Assembly (NCBI GenBank): GCA_017541975.1
Contig: JAFXYB010000021.1
Location: 197-64,196 of the forward strand
DNA: 64,000 nucleotides
Direction: 5' to 3'
From: a bacterium
GTDB lineage: Bacteria > Bacillota_I > Bacilli_A > Izemoplasmatales > UBA1188
Shown: piece by piece, positions 9,297 through 19,178 of the stretch
How positions within the stretch are numbered: position 1 is the first letter of the stretch
Layout: each line of letters opens with the position of its first letter
The notes under the pieces: generated by a model
Databases searched by the model: none
Seen by the model: only the letters and a program-made list of their open reading frames with translations
Told to the model about the DNA's origin: nothing
Position numbers and translations under genes: made by a program

Positions 9297-11656
9297 TATT
9301 CTCTAATCTTGATATTTAAGCTTGCAAGATGTTTTAAGATTGAATCAATAAATCCATCTACTTCACTTGTTTCAAGTGTTCTTGTCATATCTTGGAATGT
9401 GAGTTTTAAAGCGATTTGTTTCTTATCGAGGCCAATATTTAATCCTGTGTATAGATCAAATACTTTAACTTCAGTTAATGTTCTCTTGCCAGCTCTCTTG
9501 ACTTCATTAATTAGATACTCACAAGTTACGTCTTTGTCCATAATTAATGCTAAATCACGAGTAACTTGAGGATATTTAGATATTTCTTTCACAGTTTTTA
9601 ATGGGTGAGATGCCTTGAAAAGCTTTTCTAGGCTTAATTCAAAGACATAAGCTTCTGGGCAATCGAAATATTTCATTGTGTTTGGATGAAGTTTGCCTAA
9701 GAAACCAATTCTATCTTTACCGATTAGGATTTCTGCAGAAATACCAGGATGTAATCCTTTAAGTGGTGATTTTGGAACTGTGATGTTATAGTTCTTAACA
9801 CCGAGTTTATTGAAGAGGCTATCTAAGAGACCTTTAACATAGAAGAAATCAACTTCTTCCTTTTCAAGTTTCCAAAGGGTTGAAGAAATAGTTCCAGAAA
9901 GGAGTCCTGATAGAATTTGTTCTTCAGAATCTAAAGTGTAGATTCTTCCAATTTCGAAGAGGAAATTATCCATATTCTTACGGTTTTGATTGAACTTCAA
10001 AACTTCAATTAATGATGGAATAGTTGAATGTCTCATATAAGATCTTTCATCAGTTAATGGATTCATTATCTTAACGAGACCATATTCTTCGTTATCAAAA
10101 TATGTAGCTTTTTCTTTTGTGGTAAGAGAATATGTGAGAGTTTCATTCATATTATAGGCAAGAAGGTGCCTAATCTTTCTTATGAAAGCTTGATATTCTG
10201 ATAGGTGGCCTGAAGATGTTGAAGGAGGAATAGATGCTTCAATCTTTTCATAGCCGTTGATTCTTACGATTTCTTCAATTAAATCTTGATATGTTTCAAT
10301 ATCAGGTCTTCTCTTTGGAACGAATACAGTGAAGTTATTACCATCTACTTTGTATTCGAATGAAAGGCCAGAGAATACTTGTTCAATTTCTTCTTTTTCG
10401 TATTTTCTACCGAGAACTGAATTGATTTGTTTTAAGGAAACTTTAACTGCTTTAGTGCTCATATCTACGTTATCGAAGAATGAACCACCTTTTTGAACTT
10501 TACCATTTGCGAGATCTTTAAACATCTTTGTGGCAAGATTTAGGGCATACTCTGTCATCTCTGGATTGATACCTTTTTCGAATCTCATACTTGATTCAGA
10601 TGCGAGGCCTAGTCTTGCCGAAGTGTTTTTAATGCATTTTGAATTAAAGAGGGCAGCTTCTAAGAAGATATTTTTAGTTGTAGGTTCTACTTCTGAATTG
10701 AGTCCACCCATAACACCGCCGAGGCAGAGAGATGTTTCACCATCGGTGATAACGATATCGTTAGATGTTAAAAGTCTATCCTGATGGTCAAGTGTTGTGA
10801 ATACTTCACCATCTTTTGCCATCTTAACGACAATTTTCTTAGATTTGATTTGGTCATAGTCAAAAGCATGTAGTGGTTGACCAGTAACCATTAACACGTA
10901 GTTTGTGATATCAACGATGTTGTTGATTGGGCGGATATTCATCTTCATAAGAGCGCCCTTTAACCAACTTGGTGATTCTTTGATTTCAACATCCTTGATT
11001 ACTTTTGAGTAATATCTCATACAGTTTTCTGTTTCAGTTGAAACTGTGATATCAGCTAAAGTTTTTTCTTCTTTTGCATTATCAAATCCTAGATGCATCT
11101 TAGAATTTAACATTGCCTTAGTGTCATAGGCAACACCAATTATTGAAAGAAGGTCATTTCTATTTGGAGTGAGTTCTATTTCTAAAACATCGTCATTGAG
11201 ATTCATATATTCAAGTGGATCAGCTCCAATTGGGGCATCATCATTTAAATAATAGATTCCTTCATAGCCTTGGAATTTGTGATCAATGCCAAGTTCATCA
11301 AGTGCGCAGTTCATTCCACATGATTCAACACCACGGATAACTGCCTTTTTCATTGTGCCACCAGGAAGTTCAACGCCGATTTTAGCAACAATTATCTTTC
11401 TGTCAACTTCAACGTTTGGAGCACCACATACGATATCATCTACTGAATCACCAGTATCAACTGTGGTGATATGAAGGTGATTTGAATCTGGATGGTCTTT
11501 AATAGCGAGTATCTTACCGATGACAAGGCCTTTAACCTTGCAGAAAGGACCGAAAGAATCAACTTCGGCACTCTTTAAAGAGAAGTTCTTAACAAATTCA
11601 TTGATATCAGTGTTGATATCGACATATTTCTTTAATACATTGATTGGTATTAACAT
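9296..11656 (-). CDS. pheT: Phenylalanine--tRNA ligase beta subunit
   Basis: 786 aa with N-terminal tRNA-binding (OB) domain, B3/4, B5 and FDX-ACB C-terminal domain. Immediately follows pheS. Confidence 0.95.
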   Translation of the reverse strand: MLIPINVLKKYVDINTDINEFVKNFSLKSAEVDSFGPFCKVKGLVIGKILAIKDHPDSNHLHITTVDTGDSVDDIVCGAPNVEVDRKIIVAKIGVELPGGTMKKAVIRGVESCGMNCALDELGIDHKFQGYEGIYYLNDDAPIGADPLEYMNLNDDVLEIELTPNRNDLLSIIGVAYDTKAMLNSKMHLGFDNAKEEKTLADITVSTETENCMRYYSKVIKDVEIKESPSWLKGALMKMNIRPINNIVDITNYVLMVTGQPLHAFDYDQIKSKKIVVKMAKDGEVFTTLDHQDRLLTSNDIVITDGETSLCLGGVMGGLNSEVEPTTKNIFLEAALFNSKCIKNTSARLGLASESSMRFEKGINPEMTEYALNLATKMFKDLANGKVQKGGSFFDNVDMSTKAVKVSLKQINSVLGRKYEKEEIEQVFSGLSFEYKVDGNNFTVFVPKRRPDIETYQDLIEEIVRINGYEKIEASIPPSTSSGHLSEYQAFIRKIRHLLAYNMNETLTYSLTTKEKATYFDNEEYGLVKIMNPLTDERSYMRHSTIPSLIEVLKFNQNRKNMDNFLFEIGRIYTLDSEEQILSGLLSGTISSTLWKLEKEEVDFFYVKGLLDSLFNKLGVKNYNITVPKSPLKGLHPGISAEILIGKDRIGFLGKLHPNTMKYFDCPEAYVFELSLEKLFKASHPLKTVKEISKYPQVTRDLALIMDKDVTCEYLINEVKRAGKRTLTEVKVFDLYTGLNIGLDKKQIALKLTFQDMTRTLETSEVDGFIDSILKHLASLNIKIRE

Positions 11657-11669
11657 GTGTTAGATCCTC

Positions 11670-12695
11670 CTATTTAAATTGTTTATTCTGACGAAGGTCA
11701 TTTGCGTATAAAGACCTGATGTCTTCGATGCCGTATTTCAGCATCGCAATTCTTTCAGCACCAACACCGAAAGCAAATCCTTGATATACTTTTGGATCAT
11801 ATCCGCACATTTCAAGGACATTATTATTAACCATACCAGCACCTAATATTTCAATCCAACCTGTGCCCTTACAAAGGCCACAGCCTTTTCCGTGGCATTT
11901 GAAACAAGAGACATCAACTTCGATTGATGGTTCAGTAAATGGGAAGTATGAAGGACGGAGTCTGATTTCACGGTCTTCACCAAATAATCTCTTGGCCATG
12001 ATGGTGAGAGTACCTTTTAGTTCAGCCATAGTTACATCTTTATTAACAACTAATCCTTCAATTTGTGTAAACTCATGAGAATGAGTTGCGTCATCATCAT
12101 CTCTTCTATAAGCTCTTCCTGGGCAGATGATTCTTACATCTTTATTGCCACCAAATTCGAGCATTGTACGAGCTTGAACAGCTGATGTTTGACTTCTAAG
12201 AAGTCTATCCACATCAACATAGAAGGTATCTTGCATCGCTCTTGCAGGATGGCCTTTTGGAATATTTAAATATTGGAAGTTGTAGAGATCTTGTTCTACT
12301 TCTGGACCATCTTTAACTTCATATCCCATGCCGATAAAGAGGTCTTCTACCTCTTCGATTACTTTTGTTAAAACGTGAATTGAACCTTGATTTATTTCTT
12401 TACCAGGGAGAGTAACATCAACTTTTTCTTTTGATAATTGTTCTTCAATAGCTCTTTCTTCGATTTCTTTCTTCTTTGCTTCAAAGAGTTCAGTAGCTAA
12501 AGTTTTAAGTGCGTTAACTTTTTCTCCTAGTTTTGGTTTTTCTTCATTTGGAAGGTTTTTCATATCAAGAAGCATTTCTTGAATAGGACCTTTCTTTCCT
12601 AAATATTGAGCTCTTAGTTCAGATAGAGTTTGAAGATTTAATTTTGTGTTCTCAAAATCTTTTTTTATCCTCTGTCTTAATTCTTCAAGTTCCAT
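11670..12695 (-). CDS. pheS: Phenylalanine--tRNA ligase alpha subunit
   Basis: Start trimmed to MELEEL behind AAAGGAGG. Class II aaRS motifs ([36 protein letters not shown]). Confidence 0.95.
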   Translation of the reverse strand: MELEELRQRIKKDFENTKLNLQTLSELRAQYLGKKGPIQEMLLDMKNLPNEEKPKLGEKVNALKTLATELFEAKKKEIEERAIEEQLSKEKVDVTLPGKEINQGSIHVLTKVIEEVEDLFIGMGYEVKDGPEVEQDLYNFQYLNIPKGHPARAMQDTFYVDVDRLLRSQTSAVQARTMLEFGGNKDVRIICPGRAYRRDDDDATHSHEFTQIEGLVVNKDVTMAELKGTLTIMAKRLFGEDREIRLRPSYFPFTEPSIEVDVSCFKCHGKGCGLCKGTGWIEILGAGMVNNNVLEMCGYDPKVYQGFAFGVGAERIAMLKYGIEDIRSLYANDLRQNKQFK

Positions 12696-12797
12696 ATGTC
12701 CTCCTTTTGCCATAGATAGTTATGGCGAATAATTCATTGGTTTTGCCAAATAATATTATATATTATAAGTTAAAGTTTTCAACACATAAAATGAAAA

Positions 12798-13538
12798 CTA
12801 GTGTTTTTTAGATAATAAAAACACTATTTCTGCAAATAAATAATTGACGATTGTTGAAGGCAAAATTGCAAGTATGAAGGCTTCTTTTTTGTTTATTCCC
12901 TTTTCAACTAGCTTTCTTAATTCTTCGTTATAAAGAACAATTATGAGATTAAAAAGTAGGATTGTGACTACTCCAACAAGTGCGTTAAAGGCGAATGAAT
13001 AGATATCGATATTTAAAGATACGAAATAGATGATTGATAGGAAGATGATTATTTCTATCGCCGAAAGCAAGGCATATTTGTAGTAGAAATGTCTCACCTT
13101 GAAGATATCTAAAAAATAAAAGATGTGTGATAAGAAAATTGATCCGACAATCGTCGCACCAATTGTGATGAAAACATTAGAGTTTGGATTGAATGTTTCA
13201 TTAACCATCAGAAAACGATTCTTTAAAAATATACTACATACGGATATGAAAATACCAGTAAATGTTTCATACATTATGATAAATGGTATAGGTTTATCTA
13301 GCAATGATGGTATTAAAACTAGAGAAGCTACTGACATCAATAATGATACTGAAAGTATTACTATTGAGATTGTATTACCCCAAGAATCATTGTAGATAAA
13401 AATAAAAAGAAGGTAGCTTAGTACCATAATGAAAGAAAGATATAGACCATATGTGTCTATAACTCTCTTTGTAGCAGTTTTGCCATCTTCTTTTGTTGGG
13501 TTTTCTTCGATTGTGTTATATATTGGATTCTTAATCAT
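12798..13538 (-). CDS. Multi-pass membrane protein (possibly Bax-inhibitor-1/YccA-like; family uncertain)
   Basis: 246 aa, about 7 hydrophobic helices after a short polar N-terminus, 5 nt downstream of polC. Confidence 0.55.
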   Translation of the reverse strand: MIKNPIYNTIEENPTKEDGKTATKRVIDTYGLYLSFIMVLSYLLFIFIYNDSWGNTISIVILSVSLLMSVASLVLIPSLLDKPIPFIIMYETFTGIFISVCSIFLKNRFLMVNETFNPNSNVFITIGATIVGSIFLSHIFYFLDIFKVRHFYYKYALLSAIEIIIFLSIIYFVSLNIDIYSFAFNALVGVVTILLFNLIIVLYNEELRKLVEKGINKKEAFILAILPSTIVNYLFAEIVFLLSKKH

Positions 13539-13543
13539 CTTGA

Positions 13544-16500
13544 CTAAAACTCTAAATCGAGGGTCATTTGGTTGTCATCTGGTAGTTTTCCAAATACACC
13601 AAAATCTTCAAGTTTTTTGAATATAGTTTTAGAAACTCTTGTCCTATCCATGAAGTCGTTCTTAGTTGTGAATGGTTTTTCATTCCTTGCATCAATGATT
13701 GACTGTGCAACTGTTTGACCACAGCCATCGATAGCGCCAAATGGAATATAGAGTCCATTCTTATCTTCGCTGACTGCGAAGTCAACGGCTTCTGATTTTT
13801 CAAGATCAACCATATAGAACTTGTAGCCTCTCATAGTCATTTCAAGACATAGTTCAAGTGTTGTGATTAAATCATCGTCTTTATTTTTTCTTTCTACTTG
13901 AGGTTTAGATTTCAAGTTTTCAAGTTCAGCTTTGATTTGAGCTGGGCCTTGTGTCATTACTTGAACATCATAAGCAACCATTTTTTTGGAAAGAATTGCA
14001 CTATAGAAGAATATTGGTCTATATAGTTTGAACCAAGCAATTCTAAGAGCCATGATAACGTAGGCAGTTGCGTGTGCTTTAGGGAACATGTACTGAATCT
14101 TTGAACAACTCCAAATATACCAGTTTGGTATAGGATATTGTGAGAGTTTTTCAATAAATCCATTCCATTTATTTTCATCTTGAAGTGGCTTTCCTTTTCT
14201 TACAAACTCCATTGTCTTGAAGGCAAGATCGGCAGGAACACCATAACTTATTAAATCAACCATTATATCATCACGACAACCGATGATATCTTTGAAGTCC
14301 ACCTTAACATTTGGTAAACCTTTGGCTTTACCAGAAATTAAATCTTGAGCATTATCATTCCAAACATCAGTTCCATGTGATAGTCCTGATACTTTAACTA
14401 GTTCTGCGAACGTACTTGGTTTAGCTTCTTCTAATAGACCACGAACGAATGATGTACCAAATTCAGAGATACCATATGTCGCAACATTTGAACAGATGTC
14501 ACTAGGATTGCATTTGATTCCTTTTGTATTGTTCATTAGTTGATATAAACTAAAGTCATTTACTGGAATATCCATTGCATCGCTGAATGGGAAATCTTTA
14601 GGATATTTTTGAACATATTTCATTAGATATCTTAAAACTGTAGGGTCATCATGACCTAGAATATCTAATTTGAATAAGTTCTTTTCAAATGAGTGATAAT
14701 CGAAGTGGGTTGTCTTCCATGATTTATCTTTTGAGTCACCAGGATATTGAACTGGAGTTACTTCATAAATCTCATGATCAACTGGCACAACGACTATTCC
14801 ACCAGGGTGTTTAGAAGATGTCCTCTTTGAACCAATGATTTTAAATGATAAAGCTTCGATTTCTGCCTTCTTATGGTGAATTGGTTCTAAACCTTCTTTT
14901 GCCCTATTCTCATTTTTGTCAGTGAAATAATCTCTTACTATTGCATAGGCTGTTTTATCCATACATGTGAGGATAGTACCAGCTCTGAATGCTTTAGTCA
15001 TGCCAAATATTTCTCTGATATATTCATGGATTGTGCCTTGGTTTTCACCAGAGAAGTTAAGGTCAATATCTGGAGTTTTTGGATCTTCAGGAACACCTAG
15101 GAATGTTTCAAATGGAATATCATGTCCATCTCTTTCAAGTTTGGTTCCACATACTGGGCATGCATGATCTGGAAGATCAAAACCAGTTAAAACTTTATCA
15201 AGAATAGGAACTATCTTTTCTTCATCTTTTCTAATTCCATATTTCTCTTTTTCTTCTTTTGTCATCTTGAATGAAGAGAAATAACATTTAGGACATCTAT
15301 AATGTGGTGGTAATGAGTTAACCTCAGTAATTGATAAGAGGTATGCAACAAAAGATGAACCGACTGAACCACGGCTACCAACTACGTAACCATCTTGTCT
15401 CGATCTTTCGACAAGAACTTTTGAGATGAGGTAAACTGTCGAGAATTTATTCTTGTTGATTGATTCTAATTCACCTTTGATTCTATCTAAAACAATACCA
15501 GGTATTAGATCACCATAGAGTTCTTTAGCCTTGCGATATACTTCACCATTTACGTAACCCTCAGCTGATTCATATCCGTATTTTTCCATAAAGTTATCTT
15601 TTGGAGGATAGAGGGTTTTAGTAAATGCTTTAACATTATCGCAAGCATCGGCAATCATATTTGTATTATCTACTACGATTTCTTGCGCTAAATTTTCACC
15701 TAAGAATGAAAATTCTTCAAGCATTTCATCAGTAGTCATAAAATATTCAGCTGGAATTTCTTTTTCATGTTTTAAATAGTGGAATCTTTCACCACCTACT
15801 GGGTCTGTCTGAACGAGAATATCACGATAGATTGTATCTTCCTTGTTTATTTGATGGCAGTCACCAGTTGCACAGACAGGAATAGAATGTTTTTTAGCAA
15901 GACTTATGATTTTTTTGATGGTATCTTGGTAGCAATATCCAAAATCATCCATATGATATTTATAATATTCAAATGAATTTTGTGGTTGAACCTCGATGTA
16001 ATCATATAAATCAATGATTTCCTCTAGTTCCTTACTATTTTTTCTAAAGGCAGTATCAAAGAAGTATGAATTTCTACATCCTGATCCAACAAGAATACCA
16101 TTTCTATATTTTTCTAAAACATCTTTAGTAAGAATAGCTTCAGAAGTGAAATAATCAGTACTTGCGATTGAAAGGATGTGATATAAATTCTTCAGGCCTT
16201 CTTGTGTCTTCGCAATTAAGTTGATATGTCCAGGTATTGGATATTTATATGAATCCTTCTTATTTATTAGTGAATTGATTTCAAGATGATTTGTGATACC
16301 ACGTTTCTTAACTTCTTCTAACATGTGTAGGAAGATTTCTTCTGTAGATCTAGCATCGTTAACCGCTCTGTGGTGATTTTCGAGATTAACATTTAAGAAC
16401 TTTGAAAGGGCATCTAGACCATATCTCTTTCTTTCTGGGTATAAAACTTTGGCAAGAACTAATGTATCGATTACTGGATAATCAGGATGTTCAATACCGA

Positions 16501-18025
16501 GTGCATCAAAGTTTTCTATTAGATGAGACATATCAAATTCAGCATTATGGGCAACTAAAATTGTGCCTTCAATGAATTTATGAAAATCTTTTAATACTTC
16601 TTCGCGTGTTCTCGCTCTTTCAACATCACGGTTAGTGATACCAGTGATGGAAACGACAGATGATGGAATGTTCTTTTCTGGATTAACGAGTTCAGAAAAT
16701 TCTCCAAGTTGAATACCGTTCTTAATTTTAACGGCACCAATTTCTATTATTCTTTCGTAGTTTACCGAAAAACCTGTGGTTTCAAGGTCGAATACAGTAT
16801 ATGTTGCGTTTTCTAAATCGATATTTTTTGGATTATATGCAGCAAGAATCTTGTCTTGATCTACATAACATAATTCAACACCATAGATTGGTTTGAAATC
16901 TGGGTGTTTTTCACCATATTCATATAAATCATGAAATGATTGAACTGATGCGTGATCGGTTACAGCGAGTGCTTTATGACCAAATATAGTAGCGGCTTCA
17001 ATATAATCATTCATTTCAGGTACACCGTCTAGTGTACTCATCTTAGTGTGAAGATGAAGTTCAACTCTCTTTTTTGCCTTCGTATCAACTCTCTCTGTGA
17101 TAGGAAGCACATCTAGTGAGTGCTTCATATTGACGATATGCATTGAAACATCTTTAGTAAATGTTGAATATTCTGGATATGCTTGAACTTTAACATGCAT
17201 ACCAATTTTAAGATAACGGAAGTATTTTGATTCCTCTTTAGTTTGAAGGCGTCGTCTTGTACAATATACATATGATTTTCCATCATATATAATGAACTTG
17301 ACGACATTTTTCTTACTTAAGTTTTCAGTATCAATAAATGTGATATGGCCTTGGATGACGAATGTCCAGTTTTTTTGATTTTCTTTAAATAGAAGGAATT
17401 CTTCTTCATTGTCAGGAACATCGCTTAACTCGAGTGGTTGACCAACAACTTCTTTTAGAGGGTTATAAGATATATAAGATTCTTGTTTATTGTTTTTTCT
17501 GGTTTCATTAATCATTTCTGATTTTTCTTTTTCGATTTTCTCTCTTATATCTATTTCAGTATGATTAACTTCAATTTTTAATTCAAAATCTTTATAGCCC
17601 AGTATTTTAAATTCCTCAATTATCTCTTTTCTATTTAGCGAAAAGACAGAATCATCTCCAGGAACTTTAATAGTAAAGATGCCATCTTCGTAAGATGTTT
17701 CATAACTAGCACCAACTATTGCCCTTGGTGAATTCTTCGCAACTCTTTGAATTACAAAACGATAATAATCTTTTAAATCATCTTCAACATATGATTTGAA
17801 TGAAAAAGAATATTTGATGCCTTTGGTACCTGGGAGTTTTTTGTGGTCGAGGGTATCGCAAAAATCTCTCATATCCATGATAGGGAGTGGTTTTAGAGCT
17901 TCAAATTCTAAATTAGCTTCGTCTGTTTCTTTATCTATTACTATGCTAGATAAAATAAGGTTATTCTCTATAACCTCGTTTTCAATTCCAAATGCCTTTA
18001 ATAAAATATGAATCTTGTTTTCCAT
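13544..18025 (-). CDS. polC: DNA polymerase III PolC-type
   Basis: 1493 aa with PHP domain (ELHLHTKMS), inserted DEDD exonuclease (VFDLETTGFS, HNAEFD, HRAVNDA), zinc-finger region CPKC...CPVCG, and polymerase core. Confidence 0.95.
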   Translation of the reverse strand: MENKIHILLKAFGIENEVIENNLILSSIVIDKETDEANLEFEALKPLPIMDMRDFCDTLDHKKLPGTKGIKYSFSFKSYVEDDLKDYYRFVIQRVAKNSPRAIVGASYETSYEDGIFTIKVPGDDSVFSLNRKEIIEEFKILGYKDFELKIEVNHTEIDIREKIEKEKSEMINETRKNNKQESYISYNPLKEVVGQPLELSDVPDNEEEFLLFKENQKNWTFVIQGHITFIDTENLSKKNVVKFIIYDGKSYVYCTRRRLQTKEESKYFRYLKIGMHVKVQAYPEYSTFTKDVSMHIVNMKHSLDVLPITERVDTKAKKRVELHLHTKMSTLDGVPEMNDYIEAATIFGHKALAVTDHASVQSFHDLYEYGEKHPDFKPIYGVELCYVDQDKILAAYNPKNIDLENATYTVFDLETTGFSVNYERIIEIGAVKIKNGIQLGEFSELVNPEKNIPSSVVSITGITNRDVERARTREEVLKDFHKFIEGTILVAHNAEFDMSHLIENFDALGIEHPDYPVIDTLVLAKVLYPERKRYGLDALSKFLNVNLENHHRAVNDARSTEEIFLHMLEEVKKRGITNHLEINSLINKKDSYKYPIPGHINLIAKTQEGLKNLYHILSIASTDYFTSEAILTKDVLEKYRNGILVGSGCRNSYFFDTAFRKNSKELEEIIDLYDYIEVQPQNSFEYYKYHMDDFGYCYQDTIKKIISLAKKHSIPVCATGDCHQINKEDTIYRDILVQTDPVGGERFHYLKHEKEIPAEYFMTTDEMLEEFSFLGENLAQEIVVDNTNMIADACDNVKAFTKTLYPPKDNFMEKYGYESAEGYVNGEVYRKAKELYGDLIPGIVLDRIKGELESINKNKFSTVYLISKVLVERSRQDGYVVGSRGSVGSSFVAYLLSITEVNSLPPHYRCPKCYFSSFKMTKEEKEKYGIRKDEEKIVPILDKVLTGFDLPDHACPVCGTKLERDGHDIPFETFLGVPEDPKTPDIDLNFSGENQGTIHEYIREIFGMTKAFRAGTILTCMDKTAYAIVRDYFTDKNENRAKEGLEPIHHKKAEIEALSFKIIGSKRTSSKHPGGIVVVPVDHEIYEVTPVQYPGDSKDKSWKTTHFDYHSFEKNLFKLDILGHDDPTVLRYLMKYVQKYPKDFPFSDAMDIPVNDFSLYQLMNNTKGIKCNPSDICSNVATYGISEFGTSFVRGLLEEAKPSTFAELVKVSGLSHGTDVWNDNAQDLISGKAKGLPNVKVDFKDIIGCRDDIMVDLISYGVPADLAFKTMEFVRKGKPLQDENKWNGFIEKLSQYPIPNWYIWSCSKIQYMFPKAHATAYVIMALRIAWFKLYRPIFFYSAILSKKMVAYDVQVMTQGPAQIKAELENLKSKPQVERKNKDDDLITTLELCLEMTMRGYKFYMVDLEKSEAVDFAVSEDKNGLYIPFGAIDGCGQTVAQSIIDARNEKPFTTKNDFMDRTRVSKTIFKKLEDFGVFGKLPDDNQMTLDLEF

Positions 18026-18050
18026 AATTAAAACCCTCTCTTAATAAAAT

Positions 18051-18074
18051 TATAGCACACCGAAGTGTGCTATA
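18051..18074 (-). terminator. Hairpin between rpoZ and polC (terminator or processing site)
   Basis: tatagcacac-cgaa-gtgtgctata 10-bp perfect stem, followed on the minus strand by AUUUUAUU. Only about 25 nt separate it from the polC start, so it may be a partial terminator. Confidence 0.45.
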
Positions 18075-18104
18075 AAATTAAATATTAATTATATTTTAAA
18101 ATTT

Positions 18105-18449
18105 TTATTCTTTGTCGAAATATGTAGTATATGAAGAGTCATCATCAGCATCATCTTCATCATCTAAACCACCAGAAATTTCCATTGTACCAAAAGTATT
18201 TTCTGGTTTAGCATCTTCAGCAGTATCCTTGAATTCAACATGAACTTTGTCATTTAAGATTTCTTCTAATGCTTTTCCTACTGCAGTAGCGCATTCACTA
18301 CCACCTAGTTCTTCCATTGATGTATAATCTTCTTTTTTGATAATTTTAGCTCTTTTTGCAGCAGTATATGCTAGTTTGTATTTTGAATCTATCTTTGTGA
18401 GTAAATCATCAATTGATGGGTATCTTAATCCTTCATTATTCTTGTCCAT
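18105..18449 (-). CDS. rpoZ: DNA-directed RNA polymerase subunit omega with acidic C-terminal extension
   Basis: LRYPSIDDLLTKIDSKYKLAYTAAKRAK matches the omega core. Overlaps the gmk stop by 14 nt. C-terminal tail DDEDDADDD. Confidence 0.8.
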   Translation of the reverse strand: MDKNNEGLRYPSIDDLLTKIDSKYKLAYTAAKRAKIIKKEDYTSMEELGGSECATAVGKALEEILNDKVHVEFKDTAEDAKPENTFGTMEISGGLDDEDDADDDSSYTTYFDKE

Positions 18450-19074
18450 GTGTTTCTGTGTCTCCTAACATTTCATAATATTTATAGATGCTTCTGCTTG
18501 TCTTAGCGTGTTCAGCACGGATGATAGCTCTTATCCTATCAGCTGCATTTTCAATTGAATCGTTAACAACGATATAATCATATTGATATGCAAGAGGGAA
18601 TTCGCTATTAGCTTTGGCAATTCTTTCTTGAATTTGATAATCTGATTCGGTTCCTCTCTTTTTTAATCTTTCATAGAGAGCTTCTTTCGATGGCGGAACT
18701 ATGAAGATTGTGACCGCATCGATCATTTTTTCTTTGACTTGACGACAACCATTAACTTCGATCTCGAGGATTAATTCTTTTCCTGAGTCTAATGCTTCTT
18801 CAACTTTATCAAGAGGGGTTCCGTAATAATTCCCGCAAAAATATGTGTATTCTAAGAATCCACCTTCTTTTATTTTCTTTTCAAAGTAGTCTTTTGAAAC
18901 GAAATAGTAATCCTTTCCTTCTATTTCGCCTGGTCTCTTTTCTCTTGTGGTCATTGAAACAGAAAATGTATAGTTATGGTTTTTTTGACTAAAGAGTGAT
19001 TTTCTAACTGTTCCCTTCCCAACTCCAGATGGACCACTTAAGACAACTAACAAACCTCTCTCATTAAGTTTCAT
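18436..19074 (-). CDS. gmk: Guanylate kinase
   Basis: GPSGVGKGT P-loop and TTREKRPGE motif, 212 aa. Confidence 0.9.
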   Translation of the reverse strand: MKLNERGLLVVLSGPSGVGKGTVRKSLFSQKNHNYTFSVSMTTREKRPGEIEGKDYYFVSKDYFEKKIKEGGFLEYTYFCGNYYGTPLDKVEEALDSGKELILEIEVNGCRQVKEKMIDAVTIFIVPPSKEALYERLKKRGTESDYQIQERIAKANSEFPLAYQYDYIVVNDSIENAADRIRAIIRAEHAKTSRSIYKYYEMLGDTETHGQE

Positions 19075-19178
19075 AGTTCATCCTCTCGTCTTTTAGATAT
19101 TATATCATATATCTAAAGGATTATGCACAACAACTTTTTAAAGAAAAATGATATAATAACTTTAAGAGGCAAAGAACA

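Noticed and set aside
13544-18025. Possible inteins or insertions in PolC, NrdD or RecG
   Set aside because: Lengths are close to typical. The conserved motifs follow each other without an extra Cys/Ser...His-Asn splicing block.
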